Source: an uncultured virus (IMG/VR IMGVR_UViG_3300024358_000470)
Taxonomy: Duplodnaviria; Heunggongvirae; Uroviricota; Caudoviricetes
Strand: one strand, 5' to 3'
IMG/VR virus record: IMGVR_UViG_3300024358_000470
Length of the DNA stretch: 64,000 nt
In this document: in pieces, positions 19,971 to 28,673 of the stretch
How positions within the stretch are numbered: the stretch's first letter is position 1
Layout: each line of letters begins with the position of its first letter
Made by a program: the position numbers and the translations under genes
Notes under the pieces: model-generated
The model's database searches: none
Told to the model about the DNA's origin: nothing
Seen by the model: only the letters and a program-made list of their open reading frames with translations

Positions 19971-22264
19971 GCAACGGTACAAAGGTTAAAAAGCGTGATG
20001 GTCGAATTGAGTCTCTTGACTTAGACAAGATGCATTTGATGGTCGAAGAGGCATGTAAGGGTCTTGCAGGTGTATCTGCGAGTCAAGTTGAAATGACTTC
20101 TGGCATTCAATTTTATGATGGTATTACTACGGGGGAGATTCAGGAAATTTTGATTCGCTCTGCTAGTGACTTGATTGATTTGGATCATCCAAATTATCAG
20201 TATGTTGCTGCTCGTCTTCTTTTGTTTGCTGTTCGTAAGCAACTTTATGGAAAGATGAAAGAACTCCCAACTCTAGAGCAACACATTTACCAATGTGTTA
20301 ATCATGAAGTTTATGATAATGACATTTTCAATAAGTACTCGAAAGAAGAGATTGATAGGGCTGATTCATATATTGATCATGACCGCGACTATCTCTTCAC
20401 TTATGCGGGTTTACGTCAAGTCGTTGATAAGTACCTTGTGCAAGATAGAAGCGGCGGTGGAGTATATGAAACTCCGCAGTTCATGTATATGATGATTGCT
20501 TTGACTATCTTTGCTGAGTATCCAAAAGAAACTAGAATGTCATATGTAAAGAGGTATTATGACGCAATCTCCAAACACAAAATCAACATCCCAACTCCCA
20601 TCATGGCAGGAGTTAGAACGCCACTTCGACAATTTGCTAGTTGTGTTCTTGTTGATGTTGATGACACCCTCGATTCTATCTTTAGCAGTGATATGGCTAT
20701 TGGTCGATACGTTGCACAGAGGGCGGGAATCGGCATCAACGCTGGTAGGATCCGTGGCATCAACAGCAAAATCAGAGGGGGAGAAGTTCAACACACGGGT
20801 GTTGTACCATTTCTCAAGAAGTTTGAAGCAACTGTCAGATGTTGCACGCAGAATGGCATACGAGGTGGATCCGCGACAGTCCACTTCCCAATCTGGCACC
20901 AAGAAATAGAAGATATTTTAGTCCTTAAGAATAACAAGGGAACGGAAGATAATCGTGTCCGCAAACTTGATTACTCCATTCAAATTAGCAAGTTGTTCTA
21001 TGAAAGATTTATTCAAGACGGTGAGATCACGCTTTTCTCTCCACATGATGTCCCTGGACTTTATGATAGCTTTGGACTCCCTGAGTTTGATTCTCTCTAC
21101 GTACAATATGAAAAAGATCCGTCCATTGCGAAAAAAACTATTAAAGCACAAGAACTCATCCTTAGCCTTCTTAAAGAACGCGCAGAGACGGGTCGAGTCT
21201 ACATTATGAATATTGACCACTGCAATTCTCATTCTTCTTTTAAAGACAAAGTTAATATGAGTAATCTTTGTCAAGAGATTACTCTTCCAACAGACCCTCT
21301 TCAGCATATTGATGACAAGATGGGTGAGATTGCACTTTGCATTCTTTCTGCAATTAATGTTGGAAAGGTAAAGTCTGATGAAGAACTTGAAGAACTTTGT
21401 GACCTTTCTGTTCGCGGTTTGGATGAGTTGATTGATTATCAAAATTACCCCGTGGATGCGGCAGAAATCGCCACCAAGGCGCGTCGTTCTCTTGGTATAG
21501 GGTTTATAGGGTTAGCGCACTATTTGGCAAAACTTGGGTTTAATTATGATTCCCAAGAAGCATGGGATGCAGTTCATGGTTTATCCGAATCATTCCAGTA
21601 TTATCTTCTAAAAGCATCTAATCAACTTGCTAAAGAAAAAGGATATTGCGAATACTTTGGTCGCACTAAGTATGCTGATGGAATTCTTCCAATTGATACT
21701 TACAAAAAAGATGTAGATGAAATTTCTTCTGTTCAACTTCAGCATGATTGGGAAACTCTTAGAGCATCCATCTTGGAACACGGTCTCAGGCACTCAACAC
21801 TGTCCGCACAAATGCCTTCGGAGAGCAGTTCCGTTGTGTCAAATGCAACCAATGGAATTGAACCTCCTCGCGGATTCTTGTCCGTTAAGAAAAGTAAAAA
21901 GGGACCACTCAAACAGATTGTTCCACAGTATCATACCCTCAAGAATGCGTATACGCTTCTTTGGGATATGCCTAGTAACCGTGGTTATATTAATATTGTT
22001 GCTGTGATGCAAAAATTCTTTGACCAAGCAATCTCAGGCAACTGGTCCTATAACCCGGAGAATTATACGGATAATGAAGTCCCAGTGTCCGTGATGGCAC
22101 AAGACTTTTTGACTACATACAAGTACGGGTGGAAGACTTCTTACTACCAAAACACTTATGATATTAAAACTGATGAGGTAGTAGAAGAGAAACCCAATCT
22201 TCAAGATTTGTTAAGTGAGTTAAGTTCAGTAGAGGAGGGAGAGTGTGAATCCTGTGCAGTTTAA
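19967..22264 (+). CDS. nrdA: Ribonucleotide reductase class Ia alpha subunit
   Basis: ATP-cone VKKRDG, PTPIMAG, SCVL, SNLCQEI, C-terminal CESC. Confidence 0.97.
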   Translation: MSNGTKVKKRDGRIESLDLDKMHLMVEEACKGLAGVSASQVEMTSGIQFYDGITTGEIQEILIRSASDLIDLDHPNYQYVAARLLLFAVRKQLYGKMKELPTLEQHIYQCVNHEVYDNDIFNKYSKEEIDRADSYIDHDRDYLFTYAGLRQVVDKYLVQDRSGGGVYETPQFMYMMIALTIFAEYPKETRMSYVKRYYDAISKHKINIPTPIMAGVRTPLRQFASCVLVDVDDTLDSIFSSDMAIGRYVAQRAGIGINAGRIRGINSKIRGGEVQHTGVVPFLKKFEATVRCCTQNGIRGGSATVHFPIWHQEIEDILVLKNNKGTEDNRVRKLDYSIQISKLFYERFIQDGEITLFSPHDVPGLYDSFGLPEFDSLYVQYEKDPSIAKKTIKAQELILSLLKERAETGRVYIMNIDHCNSHSSFKDKVNMSNLCQEITLPTDPLQHIDDKMGEIALCILSAINVGKVKSDEELEELCDLSVRGLDELIDYQNYPVDAAEIATKARRSLGIGFIGLAHYLAKLGFNYDSQEAWDAVHGLSESFQYYLLKASNQLAKEKGYCEYFGRTKYADGILPIDTYKKDVDEISSVQLQHDWETLRASILEHGLRHSTLSAQMPSESSSVVSNATNGIEPPRGFLSVKKSKKGPLKQIVPQYHTLKNAYTLLWDMPSNRGYINIVAVMQKFFDQAISGNWSYNPENYTDNEVPVSVMAQDFLTTYKYGWKTSYYQNTYDIKTDEVVEEKPNLQDLLSELSSVEEGECESCAV

Positions 22265-23435
22265 AATTTCTTCAACAGAAGAACCTCAAACAAATATTAA
22301 AGGAATGACTGTTTTTAATACTGAAAAAGTTGACACCAAAAAACAACCAATGTTTTTTGGTAAACCACTTGGGGTTCAAAGATACGATTCATACAAATAT
22401 CCTATTTTTGATAAACTAACCACTCAGCAACTTGGATACTTCTGGAGACCCGAAGAGGTGTCTCTCCAGAAGGATCGTGGAGATTATCAAACACTTCGCC
22501 CTGAACAGAAGCACATTTATACTTCTAACCTGAAGTATCAGATTATGCTTGATTCTGTTCAGGGTCGTGGTCCTGGTATGGCATTCATTCCATACTGCTC
22601 ACTCCCTGAGTTAGAAGCATGTATGGAAGTGTGGGGATTTATGGAGATGATCCATAGTCGCTCATACACTTACATTATCAAGAACGTATATTCAGACCCA
22701 TCTGAGGTGTTTGATACTATTATTGGTGATGAGCGTATTCTGGAACGTGCTAAGAGCGTCACAGAGTCTTATGATGACTTTATTCAATCTGCACAGAATT
22801 ATGGTACTTCCGAAACTTGGAAGCAACAACTTGAAGGAGTCACATACGCAAGGGAAAATCTCAATGATGTCAAACGAAAACTGTACAGAGCAGTCGCAAA
22901 CGTTAATATTCTTGAAGGTATTCGCTTCTACGTTAGTTTTGCTTGTAGTTTCGCCTTTGGTGAACTTAAGCTTATGGAAGGATCTGCTAAAATCATCTCT
23001 CTTATCGCAAGAGATGAAAACCAACACTTAGCACTTACTCAGAACATTCTGAATAAGTGGAGAGAAGGTGATGATCCAGAAATGCAAAAGATTATGAAAG
23101 AAGAAGAGGAATGGACTTATAAGATGTTTGATCGTGCTGTAAACGAAGAGAAGAAATGGGCAGATTATCTGTTCAAAGATGGCAGCATGATTGGATTAAA
23201 CGACAAACTTCTTCAACAATATGTTGAATGGGTAGCAAATAGAAGACTTAAAGCAATTGGACTAAAACCCCAATACGATATTTCAGCAAACAATAATCCA
23301 CTTCCTTGGACACAGCACTGGATTTCCTCTAAAGGTCTCCAGGTTGCTCCCCAGGAAACGGAAGTCGAGAGTTATGTAGTCGGCGGAATCAAACAAGATG
23401 TTACCAAAAATACTTTCGCAGGATTCCAATTATGA
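22245..23435 (+). CDS. nrdB: Ribonucleotide reductase class Ia beta subunit
   Basis: FWRPEE, EMIHSRSY, LEGIRFY, RDENQH, APQETE. Confidence 0.97.
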   Translation: MNPVQFKISSTEEPQTNIKGMTVFNTEKVDTKKQPMFFGKPLGVQRYDSYKYPIFDKLTTQQLGYFWRPEEVSLQKDRGDYQTLRPEQKHIYTSNLKYQIMLDSVQGRGPGMAFIPYCSLPELEACMEVWGFMEMIHSRSYTYIIKNVYSDPSEVFDTIIGDERILERAKSVTESYDDFIQSAQNYGTSETWKQQLEGVTYARENLNDVKRKLYRAVANVNILEGIRFYVSFACSFAFGELKLMEGSAKIISLIARDENQHLALTQNILNKWREGDDPEMQKIMKEEEEWTYKMFDRAVNEEKKWADYLFKDGSMIGLNDKLLQQYVEWVANRRLKAIGLKPQYDISANNNPLPWTQHWISSKGLQVAPQETEVESYVVGGIKQDVTKNTFAGFQL

Positions 23436-23585
23436 TGAATGGTGTGAACAGGAAATTCTGAACGCATACAAAGAAGCAGCAGAATGTGATGAGTTTATGT
23501 TTGGAGATTATGACTTTTGCAAAGAATGGTTAGGTGAGAATACTTAATCTCATATAGATAGGGGAAGTTATCCTTCCCCTTTTTT

Positions 23586-23747
23586 ATGTCTAAAAATCAA
23601 CTGACTAAAGATGAAATTAAAGTTCGTGTTTTGAAATTAAAAGACAATCTTTATAAAGATCATATTAGACCCGAAATGGATATGAAAGGACTTGCTCATA
23701 AATATCTGAACGAAGTTCTTGATATTATTGATGAGTACAGATATTGA
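23586..23747 (+). CDS. Small hypothetical protein
   Basis: 53-aa MSKNQLTKDEIKVRVLKLK... read manually. Confidence 0.6.
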   Translation: MSKNQLTKDEIKVRVLKLKDNLYKDHIRPEMDMKGLAHKYLNEVLDIIDEYRY

Positions 23748-24174
23748 CTATGAGAATCCTTGGACCTACAATGGAAAAGAATTTGGTTCGAGTGATATTC
23801 AGGATTATTTTGGTTTCGTATATCATATTCATTGCAACAAAACTAATCGTGACTATATTGGTCGAAAATATTTCTGGAGCTTCCGCACACCGAGAGGAAA
23901 ATCTAGAAAGGTTAAGGCAGAATCTGATTGGAAAAAATACTATGGTTCATGTCCAGAACTCAAAGAAGATATAGAGAAATATGGTAGGGAGAATTTTACG
24001 CGCACTATTTTATCATTACATAAAACAAAGGGCAAAACAAACTTTGAAGAAACAAGGCAACTCTTCTTCAACAATGTTCTCACAGAATCCCTTGACAGTG
24101 GAGTGCCCAGATACTACAATAGCAACATCCTCAACAGGTACTTCCGAAAGGACTATTATGAACGCAACGACTGA
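23731..24174 (+). CDS. SegE-like GIY-YIG endonuclease
   Basis: GFVYHI...DYIGRK, YYGS, YNSNI. Confidence 0.7.
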   Translation: MSTDIDYENPWTYNGKEFGSSDIQDYFGFVYHIHCNKTNRDYIGRKYFWSFRTPRGKSRKVKAESDWKKYYGSCPELKEDIEKYGRENFTRTILSLHKTKGKTNFEETRQLFFNNVLTESLDSGVPRYYNSNILNRYFRKDYYERND

Positions 24175-24334
24175 AGATATTGTTGCTCATGTTAGGTCAT
24201 GGTCTCTTGACCGTGCCGCTGATATGAGCATTCCTAAAGAGGATGCACGCGCAATTCTTGCTGAGTTTTATGAGTGGATTGAACCGGAAGATGATGAACT
24301 TGAGATTGTCTCTCTAGAACCTGAAGATTACTAA
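24158..24334 (+). CDS. Hypothetical protein
   Basis: MNATTEDIVAHVRSW... ATG at 24158. Confidence 0.6.
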   Translation: MNATTEDIVAHVRSWSLDRAADMSIPKEDARAILAEFYEWIEPEDDELEIVSLEPEDY

Positions 24335-24364
24335 ATAAACTTTTAATAAAATTTGAGAAAAAAA

Positions 24365-24547
24365 ATGACAGAACAGCAGCAACATCTACAACAACTTTTA
24401 GAACAAAGAGTTAAACTTGAATCAGAAATTAATCAAAACAGAGAACTTTTTTGGAAAGTTCAAGGAGCTATTGAGTATCTAACACAAATTGGAGTTACTT
24501 TGCCAGAGCCAGAATCCAAAGAAACTTCTGAAGAAGTGGAATCTTGA
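24365..24547 (+). CDS. Hypothetical coiled-coil protein
   Basis: MTEQQQHLQQLL...KVQGAIEYL. Confidence 0.65.
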   Translation: MTEQQQHLQQLLEQRVKLESEINQNRELFWKVQGAIEYLTQIGVTLPEPESKETSEEVES

Positions 24548-24572
24548 CAGATTCTAAATAAAAACTTATAAT
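24544..24572 (+). promoter_or_regulatory. sigma70-type promoter
   Basis: TTGACA-17 nt-TATAAT. Confidence 0.8.
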
Positions 24573-24701
24573 GTTTATAACCCACCATAAGGTGGGTTTT
24601 CTTGTAATGAGACTTTGAGTGACAATTAGAGCCGTGGAAAGTGCCCTTTGAGAAAAGGGTGTACCCCCTTTCTATACGGATGTAGAGTTCAATTAATTTT
24701 A

Positions 24702-25355
24702 ATGCTAAACTTCTTTACTGTAGCCGTTCCTCTTTTAGCAATGGTTACAACCAATACGGCATCACTGCCTTTCTCTAGTTATAAACTGCAAGGTCCTCCT
24801 CCCCCAGTGGATGAAAAACCTTATTCTATTATTAAAGAGTTTGAACCCGAGAAGACAGCAATCCTAGAGGTTGCACCACCAAAGCCAAAAGAGAAAAGAC
24901 TAATTTGTAAAGGGTGTAATGAACATGAGAATGCTACCCTGGCATTTTTCCAGGATCGTGGTATTAGAGACAGAAACGCCCTTGCTACCATCATGGGCAA
25001 TATTAGACAGGAATCAACATTCGTGCCTAACATTTGTGAAGGTGGTAGTAGAACCTCATACTATAATTGTGGAAGAGGTTATGGTTTGATACAATTTACT
25101 TCTGCTTCTCGTTATTATGGACTGGGTGCTTTTGCTAAAAAAATAGGAGGTAATCCTTCTACTGCTGATACTCAACTTCGGTATATTACTACTGAACCAC
25201 AATGGAAGAGTATTGAAAACAGAATGAAAGTTTCTGGAAAATCTATTGATAGGTATATGAATTATGCCTACGAATGGATTGGATGGGGACACCATGGAGC
25301 AAGAACACAATATGCTTATGACTATGCTAAACGATTGGTTCTTGCTGATGTCTAA
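24702..25355 (+). CDS. Phage-tail-lysozyme-like muramidase with signal/anchor N-terminus
   Basis: ALATIMGNIRQES...GYGLIQFT; hydrophobic N-terminus. Confidence 0.7.
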   Translation: MLNFFTVAVPLLAMVTTNTASLPFSSYKLQGPPPPVDEKPYSIIKEFEPEKTAILEVAPPKPKEKRLICKGCNEHENATLAFFQDRGIRDRNALATIMGNIRQESTFVPNICEGGSRTSYYNCGRGYGLIQFTSASRYYGLGAFAKKIGGNPSTADTQLRYITTEPQWKSIENRMKVSGKSIDRYMNYAYEWIGWGHHGARTQYAYDYAKRLVLADV

Positions 25356-25420
25356 ATAACTTTACCTGACTTGCTGACACTTTTCAGGTGGGATTGGAGT
25401 GCTTCGGCACTCCTTTCTTG
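25353..25420 (+). ncRNA. Putative antisense small RNA or anti-RBS leader of GIY-YIG gene
   Basis: TAAATA, hairpin ACCTGA/TCAGGT, terminator GGAGTGC-TTCG-GCACTCC-TTT; 25366-25379 is complementary to 25433-25446. Confidence 0.55.
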
Positions 25421-25428
25421 TATAAATA
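25421..25428 (+). promoter_or_regulatory. T4-type late promoter
   Basis: TATAAATA upstream of ATG 25453. Confidence 0.8.
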
Positions 25429-25452
25429 GTAATGTCAGCAAGTTAGAGTAGT

Positions 25453-26112
25453 ATGAAACACTTTTATGTGTATTATTCCTATGAGGAATATGGAAGAGGT
25501 TATATTGGAAAAAGAGAATGTAAATGTCTTCCAGAAGAAGATGTAAGTTATTTTGGAAGTTTCAAAGATAAAACTTTCAATCCAACTCAAAAAATAATAT
25601 TAGAAACTTTTGGGAGTGTTGAAGAAGCACTTGAAGCAGAATGTGCTCTCCACGATTTTTATGAAGTAGATAAAAATCCACACTTTGCTAATAGGGCAAA
25701 ACAAACTTCTACTGGATTTTATTGTAATAAAGGTGCTGGTGAAGAAGCAAACAAGAAAAGAAGTGAGTTGATGAAAACAGAATACAATCCTATGAGTAAT
25801 CCAAAACTCAAAGAGAAAGCAAGAAAAAACTTGATTAGAACTTTGAGTAATCCAGAAATGAGAAAACTAAAAAGTAGAGTTGGAAAGAAAGCACACAATC
25901 GTCCAGAAGTAGTTGAGAACCATAGACAGGCAGCACTCAAATCTCATCAAAATCCAGAAACAAAAAGAAAACATATTGAGGCAAAACTTGGTGAGAAAAA
26001 TCCTTGTTATGGTAAAAAGTGGATTACAAATGGAAATGAAAACAAATACATAAACTCTATTGATGAAGTTCCAAGTGGTTTTTGGTATGGTAGAGTTTTC
26101 ATAAATACCTAA
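25453..26112 (+). CDS. Free-standing GIY-YIG (Seg-like) homing endonuclease
   Basis: YVYYSY..GRGYIGKR, YFGS, EALEAE, FANRA; basic helical repeats, GEKNPCYGKKWITNG tail. Confidence 0.85.
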   Translation: MKHFYVYYSYEEYGRGYIGKRECKCLPEEDVSYFGSFKDKTFNPTQKIILETFGSVEEALEAECALHDFYEVDKNPHFANRAKQTSTGFYCNKGAGEEANKKRSELMKTEYNPMSNPKLKEKARKNLIRTLSNPEMRKLKSRVGKKAHNRPEVVENHRQAALKSHQNPETKRKHIEAKLGEKNPCYGKKWITNGNENKYINSIDEVPSGFWYGRVFINT

Positions 26113-26127
26113 AAAGTACTTATAAAG

Positions 26128-27330
26128 ATGCAGTTTCAAGAAGAAATCCTTGATGAAAGGACTTTGATGGTAGGGAAAAAAGTTAGACCTTCCGGAACTA
26201 TGAATATGCGTGGATCAGAAGGTGCCGCGAGAAAAGATGTTTCTCGTGCGGGGTTTAGGAAAAAAGGTCCCATTCAAGATCCAAAAGTAGAAAAGAGTGG
26301 AAAAGATGTTCCTGTTTGGGTAAGAACTCATAAGTCTCCTGGAGATTATGCTGCTCATACTGCAAGAAAGCAACATAGAGAGGGTGATAAGCCACAGAGT
26401 AAAGAATTAAAAAAACAGTTTGGTAAAACTGGTGCTAAGAAAGATTCTCCAGTTCATGATATCACTGTTGGTTCTCCAAAATCTAAAGTAAAAGATCCCG
26501 GACAAAGAGCAAGACAATTTGTTGGTGCTCTCAAAGGCGTAAAAGATACTATGAAGTCAAAGAAAGGAGTTGCTACAAATACTCCTACTGCTATTGATTC
26601 TGCTAAGTCTAAGGGTAAAAAGAGTAGAAGTGGTGAGGAAGGTGCAGAACAAAGAGGTAGAATTTATAAGAAACTAGGAATGGGAGAAAGAAATCCCAAG
26701 ACTGGTGTTCAGATGGCGAAGTTGAGTGATTCCTTTAATGGAAAAACTTTTAGTGAGTTTATATATGAGTGTTATATTATTTTAGAAGCAAGAAAATATA
26801 CTAGAATCCGTTCTAGAGAAGATGCTGAGAAAATTCGACAATCACAAGAAAATCCAAATGCTTATAGATTAAAAAATAGACAAACTGCAGAAACTCCATA
26901 TTGGGGACTAGAATCCAAAGAAAAAAGAAAAGACCAAGATGAAAGGAGAAAAGAAAATCTAAAAGCGATTAGTCATAAAGAGTTGGAAGATCATTGTAAA
27001 AGAAATTTGCATCCGGGTGATTGTAAAAAAAATGCGAATAGAGCATTAAGAATTGAAAGGGGAAGGAAAAAGTCTCAAAGAGATGAGGCAAAAAGTAAGT
27101 CTCAGGAAACAGGGCAAAAGCATGATGTAGATCATATTCAAGCACAACCAAATAGAAGAAGTGAAACAACAAAATCAAGATTTCAAGCAATTCATCCGGG
27201 TGATTCTTCTGATAATAGGAGAGTAATTCCAAGTAGAGAAAATCGTGAAAAAAATTCTAGTAATACTGAAAAATCAACGACTAGATCTGGTGCTCTTATG
27301 AGAGCCCTTCAAAGAGCTAGACAAAAATAA
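26128..27330 (+). CDS. Basic two-module late protein with C-terminal HNH-like motif
   Basis: Internal KTFSEFIYECYIILEA; HDVDHIQ...N.R....N. Confidence 0.6.
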   Translation: MQFQEEILDERTLMVGKKVRPSGTMNMRGSEGAARKDVSRAGFRKKGPIQDPKVEKSGKDVPVWVRTHKSPGDYAAHTARKQHREGDKPQSKELKKQFGKTGAKKDSPVHDITVGSPKSKVKDPGQRARQFVGALKGVKDTMKSKKGVATNTPTAIDSAKSKGKKSRSGEEGAEQRGRIYKKLGMGERNPKTGVQMAKLSDSFNGKTFSEFIYECYIILEARKYTRIRSREDAEKIRQSQENPNAYRLKNRQTAETPYWGLESKEKRKDQDERRKENLKAISHKELEDHCKRNLHPGDCKKNANRALRIERGRKKSQRDEAKSKSQETGQKHDVDHIQAQPNRRSETTKSRFQAIHPGDSSDNRRVIPSRENREKNSSNTEKSTTRSGALMRALQRARQK

Positions 27331-27366
27331 TAAATAGAGGAGAGCGGTTGCTACTCCTCTTTTTTT

Positions 27367-27771
27367 ATGTTCAATTTTAACTTCGGAAAGAAGAAACCTG
27401 ATAAGAAGCAGATAATCCTTATAAGCGTCATACTCAGTGGTATCGTAGCAACCCTCTCCCAATGCACAGGAGCGCCTCAGGAGCGCCTCTGGGACCTTCT
27501 AGACGAGGTTCAGAGATCTCTGTTCCCAGGCACCGTAATCAACGATGTGCTGCTTCAGGACCCTGCTGTGGTTGGTAGGAGAGTTGAGCGTGATGTGGAT
27601 AAAGCAATTCGTGATTATGAGGACTTGACAAGAGACTCAGATCCACCTAGAGTACCTTTGCCCAGGTTGATTGAGAAAGCTCCAGATAACTCTGAGGCTC
27701 AACGATTACTTGGTGGGGAGATGAGACTATGCGCTCCATGGGTTGACAGTTGCCCCAAAGAACCTATATAA
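27367..27771 (+). CDS. Hypothetical membrane-anchored protein
   Basis: Hydrophobic IILISVILSGIVATL segment. Confidence 0.7.
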   Translation: MFNFNFGKKKPDKKQIILISVILSGIVATLSQCTGAPQERLWDLLDEVQRSLFPGTVINDVLLQDPAVVGRRVERDVDKAIRDYEDLTRDSDPPRVPLPRLIEKAPDNSEAQRLLGGEMRLCAPWVDSCPKEPI

Positions 27772-27781
27772 TAGAAAAGTC

Positions 27782-27863
27782 GGGTAGGTGTCCGAGTGGT
27801 TAATGGAGGCGGACTGTAAATCCGCTGGCTCTGCCTACGGGGGTTCAAATCCCTCCCTGCCCA
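27782..27863 (+). tRNA. tRNA-Tyr(GUA)
   Basis: Cloverleaf, loop CTGTAAA, long variable arm. Confidence 0.93.
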
Positions 27864-27866
27864 CCT

Positions 27867-27938
27867 GGTCCCTTCGTCTAGCGGTTAGGACACCACCCTT
27901 TCACGGTGTAGACACGGGTTCGATTCCCGTAGGGACTA
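27867..27938 (+). tRNA. tRNA-Glu(UUC)
   Basis: Loop CTTTCAC, GGTTCGATTCC. Confidence 0.92.
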
Positions 27939-27940
27939 TT

Positions 27941-28032
27941 GGAAGTGTGGCAGAGAGGTCTAATGCAGTGGATTGCTAATCCGCCGATGTACCTAAGTGC
28001 ATCCGTTGGTTCGAATCCAACCACTTCCGCCA
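27941..28032 (+). tRNA. tRNA-Ser(GCU)
   Basis: Loop TTGCTAA, long variable arm, encoded CCA. Confidence 0.93.
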
Positions 28033-28104
28033 GGGAGATTAGCTCAGTGGTAGAGCAATGTGCTGATAACGCAGAGGTCGGTGGTTCAAATCCACCATTT
28101 CCCA
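28033..28104 (+). tRNA. tRNA-Ile(GAU)
   Basis: Loop CTGATAA, canonical D and T arms. Confidence 0.92.
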
Positions 28105-28139
28105 CTTGACCAGTTTCCAAACAACTGGTACAATATAAG

Positions 28140-28204
28140 AGTTGAGAAATCAACTGCGGCATTCCCCTTCGGTAGGTTCAGGAATGGCGGCGATAGGAAC
28201 CTAC
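28140..28204 (+). ncRNA. Putative hairpin plus H-type pseudoknot RNA
   Basis: CATTCC/GGAATG and GTAGGTTC/GAACCTAC interleaved; downstream of promoter TTGACC-17 nt-TACAAT. Confidence 0.45.
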
Positions 28205-28209
28205 TTTAT

Positions 28210-28282
28210 GGGCACATAGCATAATGGATAATGCAACATCCTTCTAAGATGACGATTGGGGGTTCGAGTCCCTCTGTGCCTG
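28210..28282 (+). tRNA. tRNA-Arg(UCU)
   Basis: Loop CTTCTAA, GGTTCGAGTCC. Confidence 0.9.
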
Positions 28283-28365
28283 TTGGAGTTTATCTCCATA
28301 CATAAAAGTGATAGAGGGTAAGCCTCTGTTATATCCTTATGAGGTATATTACGCTTACTCCATCT

Positions 28366-28448
28366 GCTTCAGTGGTGGAACGGTAGACACAGCGGACTTA
28401 GAATCCGCCGCCTTAAAAAGCGTGGAAGTTCAAATCTTCTCTGGAGCA
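28366..28448 (+). tRNA. tRNA-Leu(UAG)
   Basis: Loop CTTAGAA, long variable arm. Confidence 0.92.
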
Positions 28449-28487
28449 CTTGACAATCAAACTTAAATAGTTTATGATTGTCTCATT

Positions 28488-28559
28488 GCGAAAGTAACTC
28501 AACGGTAGAGTCCCTGCCTTCCAAGCAGGTTGTTGCGAGTTCGAATCTCGTCTTTCGCT
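28488..28559 (+). tRNA. tRNA-Gly(UCC)
   Basis: Loop CTTCCAA, U73. Confidence 0.93.
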
Positions 28560-28599
28560 CTTGGTAGTCGTTATGCAGATAGCATAGAAAGACGCCAAA

Positions 28600-28669
28600 G
28601 GAAGTTAAGTCAAAGAATCGAGACAAGCAGACAATGCCCTTTGAACTGGTGTAAGTCCAGTAACTTCCT
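28600..28669 (+). ncRNA. tRNA-like RNA lacking a D-arm
   Basis: Acceptor GGAAGTT/AACTTCC plus T-arm ACTGG-TGTAAGT-CCAGT; TCAAAG/CTTTGA stem. Confidence 0.45.
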
Positions 28670-28673
28670 TTAT

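Noticed and set aside
19967..23435. Introns or inteins in nrdA/nrdB (also gp43, gp41)
   Set aside because: ORFs are continuous and of normal length, with no splice or intein motifs seen
23398..23547. 49-aa acidic ORF overlapping the nrdB end
   Set aside because: Possible, but it overlaps nrdB by 38 nt and has no motif support
28156..28204. HDV-like (theta) ribozyme assignment for the pseudoknot
   Set aside because: No P3/L3 between the P2 5' strand and the P1 3' strand, so the topology does not fit; kept only as a generic pseudoknot
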